From positions 3,232,001 to 3,296,000 of the forward strand of contig OY761611.1 of the NCBI GenBank assembly GCA_963664875.1: a DNA stretch of 64,000 bases, written 5' to 3'. The notes beneath the pieces are model-generated. The model had not been told where the DNA came from. It saw nothing but the letters and a program-made list of their open reading frames with translations, and searched no databases. Shown piece after piece: positions 49,400 through 59,439 of the stretch; the stretch's first letter is position 1; every line of letters starts with the position of its first letter. The DNA is from Candidatus Kapaibacterium sp. Lineage in GTDB: Bacteria; Bacteroidota; Ignavibacteria; Kapaibacteriales; UBA2268. The position numbers and the translations under genes were made by a program.

Positions 49400-50055
49400 T
49401 TTGTTGTTATATATTGGATAACTATTATTATAAGAACTCTCTTGAATAAATCTTTTAATGAAATCGAGTATTCATTAAAGGTATCATATTATGTGTATTT
49501 TTAACATTTCTCTATATAAAAGTTAAAAGTAACACTGTATATGAACGTAATTGTATAGCATTATTGTCAATATAATATAATTACAGAACAATATCCATCA
49601 ATATAGTAAACTTCTATTATAGATAACAAAAATATTTGCAAATTGTTACATATAAAGACGAAGATAAATGAAGTTGTGATTCTCTATAGCTATAATATCT
49701 TTAAAATCAAGAAATTAGAATGTGTGTTAAAATATTGTAAATATGTCAACAAAGTAGATAGACACTATAACATAAAAACTATTGAGGGCTGCTCAAATTT
49801 TCGATTGCCATTATTATTTGTAGCTAAAGCATTAAAATGCTCAAATCCAATACCAAAAATTTACATTTTTCTTGATTTATCTTAATAACAATTGACTTAA
49901 ATCAAAAACCGTGCTAAATCAAGCAAAATTTGCAAAAAGTCTTAAACCAAGATTCCTTATTTTGAGTCTTAAATAGAATAGTTTTTATTGAAACAAAATT
50001 TGTTTTTTTACGTAGCAGACAGAGAATTTTTAACTAATACTAAAGAATTATTTTT

Positions 50056-51183
50056 ATGTCTAAGAGAAAAATTTCAATAGTTCTGGCAATAGTTGCCACC
50101 CTCATCATTGCTTTTGCGGGTTTCAGTTTTTTTGCCGGCATGAAAGAATCCCCAACTAAACAGTTGCCTCCCGATAGAGTGCTCAAAGTATCTGTAGCTG
50201 AAGTAGCATACGACACTATGACTACTAATATTGTATCTACCGGTAGATTGGATTCTAAAAGTTTTGTAGATATGATCTCAGAGGTTTCCGGAAAAATATT
50301 GCCGGGTGATGTGCCTTTGAAAAAGGGACAAAGTTTCCGTCAGGGGCAGTTGCTTGCTAAGATATATTCCGAAGAAGCAGAGCTTGCCCTCAAAGGAAGA
50401 AAAAGTCGCTATCTGACTACCTTAGCAAATATGCTCCCTGATATGCAAATTGATTTTCCGGGTGCGTACCCTTCATGGGAAAAATTCTTTAATTCCATAG
50501 AATTAGATAAGAATTTACCTGAAATGCCTAAAGTTGCAAACAGTAAAGAAAAAATATTTCTTTCTGCTCGTAATATAATTAGTGAATATTTCGGAATACA
50601 AAGCGACGAAATAAGGCTAACAAAATATATGCTTTATGCTCCGTTTAACGGTTCTTTTAATGAAGTTTATTTAGAGATAGGAGCTGTTGCTAATACAGGT
50701 TCGAAACTTGCAAAACTTATCAGAACTGATATGTTAGAACTCGAAGTGCCGGTCAACTATGATTTATCCAGAAAAATCAGTAACGGTCACAAGGTAACAG
50801 TTAGCTCTGATGACAATAAATATACATGGACAGGTACTGTTAATCGCAAATCTGAATTTATCGATCCTAACACTCAGTCAGTTAGTGTTTTTGTAACATT
50901 AGCTGCCGGAAACACATCTTTATATAAAGGTATGTATCTAAAAGCTCAGTTTGGTTCGATAACTTATAAAGATGTAATGGAACTTCCGAGAAATGCAGTC
51001 TTTAATCAGGATGAAGTATATTATGTAGATTCTGAAATGAAATTGCGAAAAGCCCAAATTCAAATAGTTAAATACAATGACAAGACTCTTCTATTACAAG
51101 GACTGCCTGAGGGCATGAAGGTTGTAGATGAGCCATTAATTAATGTAACAGAGAATTTGCCTGTCGAAATTATAAACAAGTAA
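50056..51183 (+). CDS. RND efflux periplasmic adaptor subunit
   Basis: N-terminal anchor, SEVSGKI, YAPFNG, IDPNTQS, ELPRNAV. Confidence 0.88.
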   Translation: MSKRKISIVLAIVATLIIAFAGFSFFAGMKESPTKQLPPDRVLKVSVAEVAYDTMTTNIVSTGRLDSKSFVDMISEVSGKILPGDVPLKKGQSFRQGQLLAKIYSEEAELALKGRKSRYLTTLANMLPDMQIDFPGAYPSWEKFFNSIELDKNLPEMPKVANSKEKIFLSARNIISEYFGIQSDEIRLTKYMLYAPFNGSFNEVYLEIGAVANTGSKLAKLIRTDMLELEVPVNYDLSRKISNGHKVTVSSDDNKYTWTGTVNRKSEFIDPNTQSVSVFVTLAAGNTSLYKGMYLKAQFGSITYKDVMELPRNAVFNQDEVYYVDSEMKLRKAQIQIVKYNDKTLLLQGLPEGMKVVDEPLINVTENLPVEIINK

Positions 51184-51206
51184 TATCCAGAATACGAATC
51201 TAAAAC

Positions 51207-54200
51207 ATGAGAAAAATAGTAGAACAATTTGTCAAATATCCTTTTTATGCAAATATTTTCCTTGCTTCATTGATTATTGGCGGTATCATTGCCATGCTCT
51301 CGATGAAGATGTCGATGTTTCCTGAAACAACACCGAAGGATATATTTGTTACTGTTGCTTACCCCGGAGCTTCCCCTAAAGAGATGGAAGAAGGGGTTAC
51401 AGTCAGAGTCGAAGAAGCTGTCAGAGGCATTGTCGGCATTAAAGAAATCAGATCTACATCATCTGAGAATGTGAGCTCAGTTCATATCGTTACAACAGGT
51501 GAATATGATTTGGATGAAACTTTGATGGAAGTTAAAAATGCTGTTGACGGTATTTCTTCATTCCCGGTTGATGCCGAAAGGCCAATAGTTTATAAACAAA
51601 AAGCTACTACAAAAGCTATGTTTATGGCTCTGTATGGCGATATAGATCTGATGTATCTCAAAAAATTGGCTTACACTGTCGAAGAAGACCTCCGATCTTC
51701 GGGTATTGTCAGCCAACTTTCAGTCATGGGTTATCCTGCAACTGAGCTTTCCATCGAAGTAAAAGAAAACGAACTTCTTCGCTATGGAATCACTTTCGAC
51801 CAGATTTCCAGTGCCATAACAAGAAATAATATTGATATATCAGCCGGTATGATCAAATCTCCTCAGGAAGAAATTTTAATAAGGTCGCGTTCGAGAAGTG
51901 TTGATCCTAACAAGGTAGGCGAATTGGTAGTGGCTGCAGCTGCTGATGGTAGTCTGATCAAAATTCGTGATATAGCTGATGTTAAGATAAAATTTGCAGA
52001 TGTAACAAGTGGTGCCACTCTCAATGGGAAACCAAGTATATCTTTTGATATTACAAAGCTACCCGAAGAAGATTTGAGTGAAATAACTGATTTTATTGAA
52101 AATTATGTTGAAGAGTTTAATCGCAAGCATCCGCAGGCAACTTTAGAAATCACATGGAACTTCATGACATTATTGGAACAGCGACTTCAGTTGCTAATCA
52201 ATAATGGTGGTATGGGGCTGATTCTTGTAGTGTTGTCGTTGACATTTTTCTTGAGATTTGGTCTTTCTTTCTGGGTTGCCATGGGGATTCCTGCCTCATT
52301 TTTAGCTATGTTTATGGCTGCCAGTTTTTATGATGTTACGATAAATATGATTTCTCTGTTTGGTATGATACTGGTCATCGGGATTTTGGTTGATGATGGT
52401 ATCGTGATAGGGGAGAATATTTTTACACATTTTGAAAAAGGCAAATCCAGAAAACAGGCTGCTGTAGATGGCACTATGGAAGTTCTTCCTGCTGTTATTA
52501 CTTCGGTAACGACTACAGTGGTAGCTTTTGTGCCTGTGCTCCTTATTACCCAAGGTGGCTTGGAGTTTATGAAAGAAATGGCAATAGTCGTAATCTTTTC
52601 GCTACTGTTTTCTTTATTCGAAGCATTTTTCGTTTTGCCTGCACACTTGGCCCACAAATGGGTTTTAAATAACAATGAAAAAGAAACTCCTGTACAAAAA
52701 TTCCGAAGAAAACTTGAAAGAGGAATTGATAAGTTCAGAATAAACATCTATGGTAGGCTACTCAAAAAAATTATCACATGGCGCTGGTTTGTAGTTACTA
52801 TTCCGGTTGCATTGTTTGTGATTACTATTGGGATGGTGTTCGGTGGAGTTATACGTGCAACGTTTTTCCCTGCTATTCCTTTTGATACTTTCAATGTGAA
52901 CATTGCTTTCAAACCTGGAACAGGTGAGCAGATTACTCGTGAGTATTTGGAAAAATATGAGAAAGTAGTTTGGGAAATTGCTGATTCGATAAAAACTACA
53001 GGCGACACTTTACCTTACATCAAATATACAAGTTTGCAGATGGGTAATGCCTTTGCAGGCACAGAGTCCGGTTCTCATACAGGTAAGGTAGATGTCTGGT
53101 TCCATGAGATAGACAATCGCAAGCTGACATCAAATATGATTGCTGAGATGGTAAGAAAAAGGATTGGAGCAGTGCCGGAAGCAGAGAAATTTGTTGTAGG
53201 CGGTTCAGACAGATGGGGTAAACCTGTATCTGTTTCGCTATTGAGTAAAAACTCTATAGAGATGTCTCATGCAAAGGAAATGCTTGAAAAAGAACTCGAA
53301 ACTATTGCAGCGTTGACAAATATTTCCGATAACTCTCCGATTGGAAAGCAGGAAATCAGAATTAAGTTAAAACCAAAGGCTTATGCTCTTGGTCTCAATC
53401 AGATTTATATAGCCAACCAAGTGCGTCAGGGTTTTTATGGCGGACAGGCTCAGAGATTGCAGGAAGGTAAAGACGAGATTCGCGTTTGGGTTCGTTATCC
53501 TAAAGAAGGAAGACAAACCATGTCACAGTTCGAAAACATGAGAATTAAGACAGCTCAGGGAGAATTCCCTTTACTTGAACTTATAGATTATGATATCGAA
53601 CGTGGTCCTGTAAGCATTAAACGCTACAACCTTCAAAAAGAAATCACAGTTGAAGCGGATTTAAAAGATCCGAATGATGATGTGCCTCCAATTCTTGAAA
53701 AAATTGAAAATGATATAATGCCTAAAATTCAGGCAAAATATCCGGGTGTTAAGTATGAATTTATGGGGCAGATGAAAAGCTCAAAAGAAAGTGCGGGAGA
53801 GATGGGATTCTACTTCATGATTGCTTTCTTTGTGATTCTTTTGATCATCATGATTCACTTCAAATCATACATACAGTCTTTACTTATCATCAGTATGGTT
53901 CCTATAGGCTGGATGGGTTCTGCTTGGGGGCATGGTTTGGAAGGAGTGCCTATTTCGATGCTATCTGTATGGGGTATGGTTGCTCTCGCAGGTGTGATTG
54001 TTAATGATGCGGTCGTATTTCTATCAAAATACAATGATTTGATAGTAGAAGGCGATAAAGTTGAAACTGCAGCTTACAATGCAGGTATCGCACGCTTTAG
54101 AGCTATTATGCTAACTACTATTACTACGTCAATTGGTCTTTATCCTTTGATATTAGAGACGAGCTTCCAAGCGCAGTTCCTGATACCTATGGCGATAGCT

Positions 54201-54371
54201 CTTGCTTATGGTGTGCTTTTTGGTACAATGTTTATCCTGATATTCTTCCCTGCACTTATTGTCTGCATTAATGACATAAACTGCATGATTTATAGGATAT
54301 GGACAGGCAAACAATGTTCTAAAGAAGAGTTAGAACCGGCTATGAAAAACTATAACAGATCTTTAGGTTAA
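51207..54371 (+). CDS. RND efflux permease (AcrB/AcrD/AcrF family)
   Basis: YPGASP.EMEE, GILVDDGIVIGENI, GVIVNDAVV, RFRAIMLTT.TT..GL.PL. Confidence 0.93.
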   Translation: MRKIVEQFVKYPFYANIFLASLIIGGIIAMLSMKMSMFPETTPKDIFVTVAYPGASPKEMEEGVTVRVEEAVRGIVGIKEIRSTSSENVSSVHIVTTGEYDLDETLMEVKNAVDGISSFPVDAERPIVYKQKATTKAMFMALYGDIDLMYLKKLAYTVEEDLRSSGIVSQLSVMGYPATELSIEVKENELLRYGITFDQISSAITRNNIDISAGMIKSPQEEILIRSRSRSVDPNKVGELVVAAAADGSLIKIRDIADVKIKFADVTSGATLNGKPSISFDITKLPEEDLSEITDFIENYVEEFNRKHPQATLEITWNFMTLLEQRLQLLINNGGMGLILVVLSLTFFLRFGLSFWVAMGIPASFLAMFMAASFYDVTINMISLFGMILVIGILVDDGIVIGENIFTHFEKGKSRKQAAVDGTMEVLPAVITSVTTTVVAFVPVLLITQGGLEFMKEMAIVVIFSLLFSLFEAFFVLPAHLAHKWVLNNNEKETPVQKFRRKLERGIDKFRINIYGRLLKKIITWRWFVVTIPVALFVITIGMVFGGVIRATFFPAIPFDTFNVNIAFKPGTGEQITREYLEKYEKVVWEIADSIKTTGDTLPYIKYTSLQMGNAFAGTESGSHTGKVDVWFHEIDNRKLTSNMIAEMVRKRIGAVPEAEKFVVGGSDRWGKPVSVSLLSKNSIEMSHAKEMLEKELETIAALTNISDNSPIGKQEIRIKLKPKAYALGLNQIYIANQVRQGFYGGQAQRLQEGKDEIRVWVRYPKEGRQTMSQFENMRIKTAQGEFPLLELIDYDIERGPVSIKRYNLQKEITVEADLKDPNDDVPPILEKIENDIMPKIQAKYPGVKYEFMGQMKSSKESAGEMGFYFMIAFFVILLIIMIHFKSYIQSLLIISMVPIGWMGSAWGHGLEGVPISMLSVWGMVALAGVIVNDAVVFLSKYNDLIVEGDKVETAAYNAGIARFRAIMLTTITTSIGLYPLILETSFQAQFLIPMAIALAYGVLFGTMFILIFFPALIVCINDINCMIYRIWTGKQCSKEELEPAMKNYNRSLG

Positions 54372-54388
54372 TAATCAGAAGTAGTCAA

Positions 54389-55693
54389 ATGAAATTAAAC
54401 AAAAAAATATTCTTTATTATTGCCTTGTGCAGCTCTTTTTCGTTTGTATCTGCGACAGAGATTAGTCTGGAAGATGCCATTATAATCGGGCTTGACAATA
54501 ATCATCAGGTAAAAATTGCAGGTGCTTCCAGCAGACTTGCAGGTATTAATAATGCCTGGGGAGCTGCCGGCAGATATCCTACTATCGATGCTTCCATCAC
54601 TCAAGGTAATAGATTTGATAATCGCCCGAGTACAGTTTTCCCGGACGAAAGCACAAGTACATCTGTTTCAGCTTCTGTTGGTTTGAACTGGATGATTTTT
54701 GACGGTTTTGCAATAGCAGACAGAAAAGAGAAATTGGAATACTATGACAAGATTGCTCAAAATCAGGAGTACGATATTAAAGAATCGCTTGTCAGAGATA
54801 TTACTCTTGCATATCATCAGGCTCAGATTGATCAGGAAAAACTTGTGGTGCTTCATAAAGTTATGGCACTTTCTGCGGACAGATACCGTAGGGTAAATCT
54901 TGCCAAGGAGCTTGGTAATGCTGTAACATTTGATGTCTTACAACTCAAAAACAATTACCTGCGGGATTCTACTAATGTACTCTACCAAGAGATTGGCTAC
55001 CGCAATTCGCTTCGAGAGCTCAATTTGCTTCTGGGAGAATCAGACGATACAAAATATGAGCCGGTAGGGCAGCTTGTTCCCGATAATTTGGAAACTTCGC
55101 TTGCTGAGCTTCGCTCTCTAATGCTTGAAAACAATAAATCATTGAAGTCTCTAAGGTATAATCAAAATATATTAAAATCCGAACTTAATATAAATGAAAA
55201 TACCTGGCTACCAAAGCTGTCTCTCTCTTCCGGTGTTGATTATAATACTACAAGGACAAAGTATCAGGGATTTGATGCTTCTTCTTCGGACTACTATGAC
55301 TATTACGCAAATCTGAGACTTTCTGTTAACATTTTTAATGGTGGAAATACAGAAAGAGCATTGGAAAAAGCAAAAATAGATGTAGAAAAAGGTGAATACC
55401 AGATTAGCGAAACACAAATCAGATTGGAAAATAGCCTTAAAAGTTTAGTTGAGCTTTACAAGCTAAGAAATGAATTGTACAATGTGTCTCTGGAAAATCT
55501 TAAAAGTGCTGAGCTGAATTTGCAGATTGCAGAGCAAAAGTTCGACTCAGGAGCTATAAGTTCATTTAATTTTAGAGATATACAGCTTGTTTATCTAAAC
55601 GCTGCGTTTGATAAAATCCAGGCAACTTATAACCTGATAGACACTGAACAGGCTATCAAAAAGCTGACCGGTCAGATAGTTTACAGAAGATAG
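54389..55693 (+). CDS. TolC-family outer membrane efflux protein
   Basis: ISLEDAI..GLDNN, YPTI, WLPKL, two OEP repeats; follows the RND genes. Confidence 0.88.
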   Translation: MKLNKKIFFIIALCSSFSFVSATEISLEDAIIIGLDNNHQVKIAGASSRLAGINNAWGAAGRYPTIDASITQGNRFDNRPSTVFPDESTSTSVSASVGLNWMIFDGFAIADRKEKLEYYDKIAQNQEYDIKESLVRDITLAYHQAQIDQEKLVVLHKVMALSADRYRRVNLAKELGNAVTFDVLQLKNNYLRDSTNVLYQEIGYRNSLRELNLLLGESDDTKYEPVGQLVPDNLETSLAELRSLMLENNKSLKSLRYNQNILKSELNINENTWLPKLSLSSGVDYNTTRTKYQGFDASSSDYYDYYANLRLSVNIFNGGNTERALEKAKIDVEKGEYQISETQIRLENSLKSLVELYKLRNELYNVSLENLKSAELNLQIAEQKFDSGAISSFNFRDIQLVYLNAAFDKIQATYNLIDTEQAIKKLTGQIVYRR

Positions 55694-55720
55694 TCAGTTG
55701 TCAGATATGATAATAATTGC

Positions 55721-55754
55721 AAAAGAGGCTCGAGTAATTGGGTCTCTTTTTTTT
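55721..55754 (+). terminator. Intrinsic terminator after the RND operon
   Basis: AAAAGAGGCTCGA / TTGGGTCTCTTTT stem with G-U pairs, then a T run. Confidence 0.65.
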
Positions 55755-55820
55755 ATTAAATATTTGAAATTAAAAATATTTATGTTATATTCAGCTATCT
55801 GTCAATTATAAGTTATGAAA

Positions 55821-55883
55821 AATGAGAACTCTACTTTTTGCATTTATTTATGTTATGTTTTTGGGTGTGGCTGCGACTTCCAA
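55821..55883 (+). repeat. 63-bp direct repeat (signal-peptide coding), copy 1; copy 2 at 59438-59500
   Basis: 60/63 identical between the starts of paralogs 1 and 2. Confidence 0.95.
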
Positions 55884-58800
55884 TGCAGCTAATTTGCAAA
55901 CTCTTTCTGAAGATGATATTATTGAGTTTAAGCTGGACTCTTTGGAAGCAATGTTAAATCGCGGAGATAAAACTGCTTTGCTTCAATTAGAGGGAATGAT
56001 AAGTAGCGATAAAAATCTGACTCGCGATACATGGTATGGAAGTAATAATCAATCTATAAATGCATTTGCTGCAGAAATATTAAAAAAATATTGTTCTTTT
56101 GAGCATATGCCAATCCTGAGAGAGATTGAACCGGAAGAATACAAAGTTTTCCTAAGAACATACTATGATAGCATCAGGTATATTCCAAGTTTATTATCTT
56201 TTTCAGATGTTAATTCAGATTATCAAGCCAGTTATAGAGCATTCGACCTTATAGCACAAGATAAACCTGATATTTCATTTCGTCATTTTTCAGATTTGAA
56301 TTCAATTTTCAAAATAAAAAATCCCAACTTATTTCCTAAGTTTTCACTTACAGATGCAAAGAAGAATAAAAAGCTTCTGGAAAGCATTTCTTCTGCACCT
56401 GAAATGGAAGCAGAAGAAGAAAAATACAATAACGATTACACTATTTTTCAGCTTGGATGCTATCCTAGTGATCAGTCATTAGGACTTATTCTGCATATTT
56501 TACGGACAAAAGAAATAAATGATATACAAGCAGCTATTAATAGCTTAGCTATGATTACCAACTTCAAACTTTTTCAGGATTCTGTTCCGGATAAATTCGT
56601 CCTCGCTCAAGCTTATGAAGATTTAAGATTCCAGTACGAGTCTTTTGAAGATATGCAATTTAACGGTTACAAGCACTTGAACATAGCAACTACTGACTCT
56701 GTCCAATTTTATTCAGCTTTATTAGATTTAGAAGATATTCCATGGTGGAATAGGATAAATGCACTTCCTACGGTGCTTAAAATTAAAGATTCAAGAGTAT
56801 TACCATTTTTAGCCGATTTGTCTTTGCTTTATAACATTCTTACAGATAGGACTCTTAAGTATAACATACACTCCTACTATCTTGATACACTTAAAGCGAT
56901 GACTCAAACAGCATTCCAATTTAAGAATGAAAATGGTGGTTATTCAGAATTTCCAGGTTCATACGAAATCAAATGGGGTATCAATCTTTCCAGATACTGG
57001 CATCAACATTATAGAGAATGGAGTTGGAGCGATGCAGAAAATTGTTTTGTTAATCCAACAATAGACTACTACGAGCCTGTTGGGCTAGAAAAACTAGTTA
57101 AAGAAATGGCATCAAAAGACAAAAAAACTGCTATCAATGGATTGATAGAGTTTGTCAGTCAGTTTAATCTCGAAGATGAAGCTATAATAAATAGGGATTG
57201 GTATAATTTGCTTGTATATGAAGAGATTAATAAATGCATCAGTTCAAGTTTCCCTCGCCACAATTTATTACAATTCAAAGTATTTTTGAAGTATTGTGAT
57301 GATTACGAATTTGATTATAAAATTGACAAGGATTTATGTAATGGAGTAGCAAAACTATTGGGATATGAAGAGTTTGGACAAGATAACAATTTAACAGACT
57401 TAATGTTGTTCAAAGTTAAAGAGAAAGGCATAAATCCTGACCAGAAGGTAGAACTGAAACTTTTATCGACTATTGGAATTAATCAAATTCCAAAACTGAT
57501 ATATCTTCAGTACATAAGTAAAAATGTATCTTGGGGCTATTCTAAATTTATAGAAGAATTGACAGACAAAGCTTTTCAAAAGCATATGGATTCTATTTTA
57601 ACAACAGAACGGTATCTAAAGCTCTATTTAAAGTATTTGGCAAATTATGAGCCTATTTCAGATAAAAGAGTTCAGCCTTATGTACTGTATGAAAACTTTA
57701 ACAATTTGAAGGATATTACCGAAAAATTACTTTTAAAGATTGTCCAAAGTAGCGTAGATAGAGAACTACAAACGGTTGCTCTTAATATATTGGTAAATAA
57801 CATTGATCCAGATTTTATTTTTGAAGATTTACCTTTGGTATATATAGATCAGATAACTGGAAACGCTGCAGAGAAACTAAAATTTGTGCCCAAAGCTGAA
57901 AACTACGAAAGGATTGTAAATGCTATCCAAAATACAGATGAAATGGCTAAGTTGCGAAATTACTGTACTTTGTTGGAAAGACACACTTCAATAGAAATGG
58001 TGCCTTCAATTATGCGAATAGTTGATGACTTCAGAGTACATTCTATTTCTATTTCTCATTCACAAAGTGTTGATTTTTCATCCCATTGGTCTGAGGAGAA
58101 AGATTATGTTTCAACTGCTGTTATCTCAATTTTGGAAGATTTGTATGAGTATAGTTATAATTACAACTATGGTACTCAAGAAGTAAACAAAAAATTTATA
58201 CTATTTGCTCAGAAATGCTGGAAGCCGGAAGAAGTAGCTCCGTATTGGAAAAATCAATGGCACAAAGACAGTTTAAATTATAGAGATTGGGGTGTATTTT
58301 ATCATCAAGAAGTGATAGATACTATCAAAGAGAAATACAATAATTCTGATTCTTTAACCTGGCTGGAACTAAATATTATTTCCAAATCAAAATTTAGGAA
58401 AGATTCTGACACTCTAATATGGAAAAAATTACTCTCAAATCTTTATAAAGATGATGTAGAATTTTTATACACTGATAGTATATTCAAACTTAGCTCTTTT
58501 GAAAATATACAACAATATTTTACCAATAAAGAAGCATTTTTCGAGATTTACGAGCATATCTCAGATACTACCTTAATATCATTGGACAAGATATATCAAG
58601 ATTTGCAGAACTTTAATGAGGTAGATCAAGGAGAGATTATTAGTGAATTGTTAGAGCTCGATGTTATTAGAAAAGCTATCATAAATCACCCCAAAAGGGA
58701 TGGTTTTACCAATGATTATATTATTGAGAAAGTTAGTAAATTTAGGGAATATTATTCGAAAATTATCAATACTAAAGATACTTATGCCTATGGCCAAAGT

Positions 58801-59439
58801 GAACTGGAAATAAAAGGGAATCGCTCGATTGGATATAATATAACTAATCCTCCACTTTATTTTATTGAAATGAATGGAATGGATTATTCAAAGAAACTAG
58901 AGTACACTATACTAAATCTAAGAGGCAGAGAACAAAGAAATTACTTAAGGACTTTAGTTGATTCTGTAGAATATAAAGATTTGCCATTGGTCTGTAAATA
59001 TGCTCAACAAATTGATTCCATTTCCAGTTTGAATTATCTACTGGAAAAATTATCTATAAAACTAGGAATCCCATTATTCATGTACTCATTAGAAAACATC
59101 GATTCTTTAGATCAAATTTTAGCATCTCACTCTGAAGAAGAGTATATCCGCACGAGTGCAATGGAATTCTATCCTGATTTATTTGCAGATCAAAAATTAA
59201 ACTATTCTATAGTCGCAGACAATCTAAGATCCCCTTTAGCTTTAAATTACGACAATAAGAATCACTTAGAGTTTTCTCCTATCCTAACACTAATCAGAAT
59301 CCTCGAACTCGAGCACAACACAAGACTTGGCTATGAATACCAATTTGACAGGTATGATGCTAAACAAGTGCAAAGTAGAATTGATGCATGGTTGAAGTTT
59401 TTGGAAGAGAAAGGTTTGATTCATAAGGAGCAAAAGTAA
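55822..59439 (+). CDS. Secreted hypothetical alpha-helical protein, paralog 1 (long form)
   Basis: Signal peptide; C-terminal ~540 aa homologous to the next two ORFs (M.P.I..IVDD, WK..W....NY..WG..FY, SRIDAWL.FLEEKGLI). Confidence 0.8.
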   Translation: MRTLLFAFIYVMFLGVAATSNAANLQTLSEDDIIEFKLDSLEAMLNRGDKTALLQLEGMISSDKNLTRDTWYGSNNQSINAFAAEILKKYCSFEHMPILREIEPEEYKVFLRTYYDSIRYIPSLLSFSDVNSDYQASYRAFDLIAQDKPDISFRHFSDLNSIFKIKNPNLFPKFSLTDAKKNKKLLESISSAPEMEAEEEKYNNDYTIFQLGCYPSDQSLGLILHILRTKEINDIQAAINSLAMITNFKLFQDSVPDKFVLAQAYEDLRFQYESFEDMQFNGYKHLNIATTDSVQFYSALLDLEDIPWWNRINALPTVLKIKDSRVLPFLADLSLLYNILTDRTLKYNIHSYYLDTLKAMTQTAFQFKNENGGYSEFPGSYEIKWGINLSRYWHQHYREWSWSDAENCFVNPTIDYYEPVGLEKLVKEMASKDKKTAINGLIEFVSQFNLEDEAIINRDWYNLLVYEEINKCISSSFPRHNLLQFKVFLKYCDDYEFDYKIDKDLCNGVAKLLGYEEFGQDNNLTDLMLFKVKEKGINPDQKVELKLLSTIGINQIPKLIYLQYISKNVSWGYSKFIEELTDKAFQKHMDSILTTERYLKLYLKYLANYEPISDKRVQPYVLYENFNNLKDITEKLLLKIVQSSVDRELQTVALNILVNNIDPDFIFEDLPLVYIDQITGNAAEKLKFVPKAENYERIVNAIQNTDEMAKLRNYCTLLERHTSIEMVPSIMRIVDDFRVHSISISHSQSVDFSSHWSEEKDYVSTAVISILEDLYEYSYNYNYGTQEVNKKFILFAQKCWKPEEVAPYWKNQWHKDSLNYRDWGVFYHQEVIDTIKEKYNNSDSLTWLELNIISKSKFRKDSDTLIWKKLLSNLYKDDVEFLYTDSIFKLSSFENIQQYFTNKEAFFEIYEHISDTTLISLDKIYQDLQNFNEVDQGEIISELLELDVIRKAIINHPKRDGFTNDYIIEKVSKFREYYSKIINTKDTYAYGQSELEIKGNRSIGYNITNPPLYFIEMNGMDYSKKLEYTILNLRGREQRNYLRTLVDSVEYKDLPLVCKYAQQIDSISSLNYLLEKLSIKLGIPLFMYSLENIDSLDQILASHSEEEYIRTSAMEFYPDLFADQKLNYSIVADNLRSPLALNYDNKNHLEFSPILTLIRILELEHNTRLGYEYQFDRYDAKQVQSRIDAWLKFLEEKGLIHKEQK
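59275..59420 (+). repeat. 3'-end identity patches shared among paralogs
   Basis: 59275-59324 = 62638-62687 (50/50); 59350-59420 vs 60990-61060 (70/71). Confidence 0.95.

Noticed and set aside
49643-49885. 80-aa ORF in the divergent intergenic region
   Set aside because: TTG start, very AT-rich, no motifs; more likely promoter DNA.
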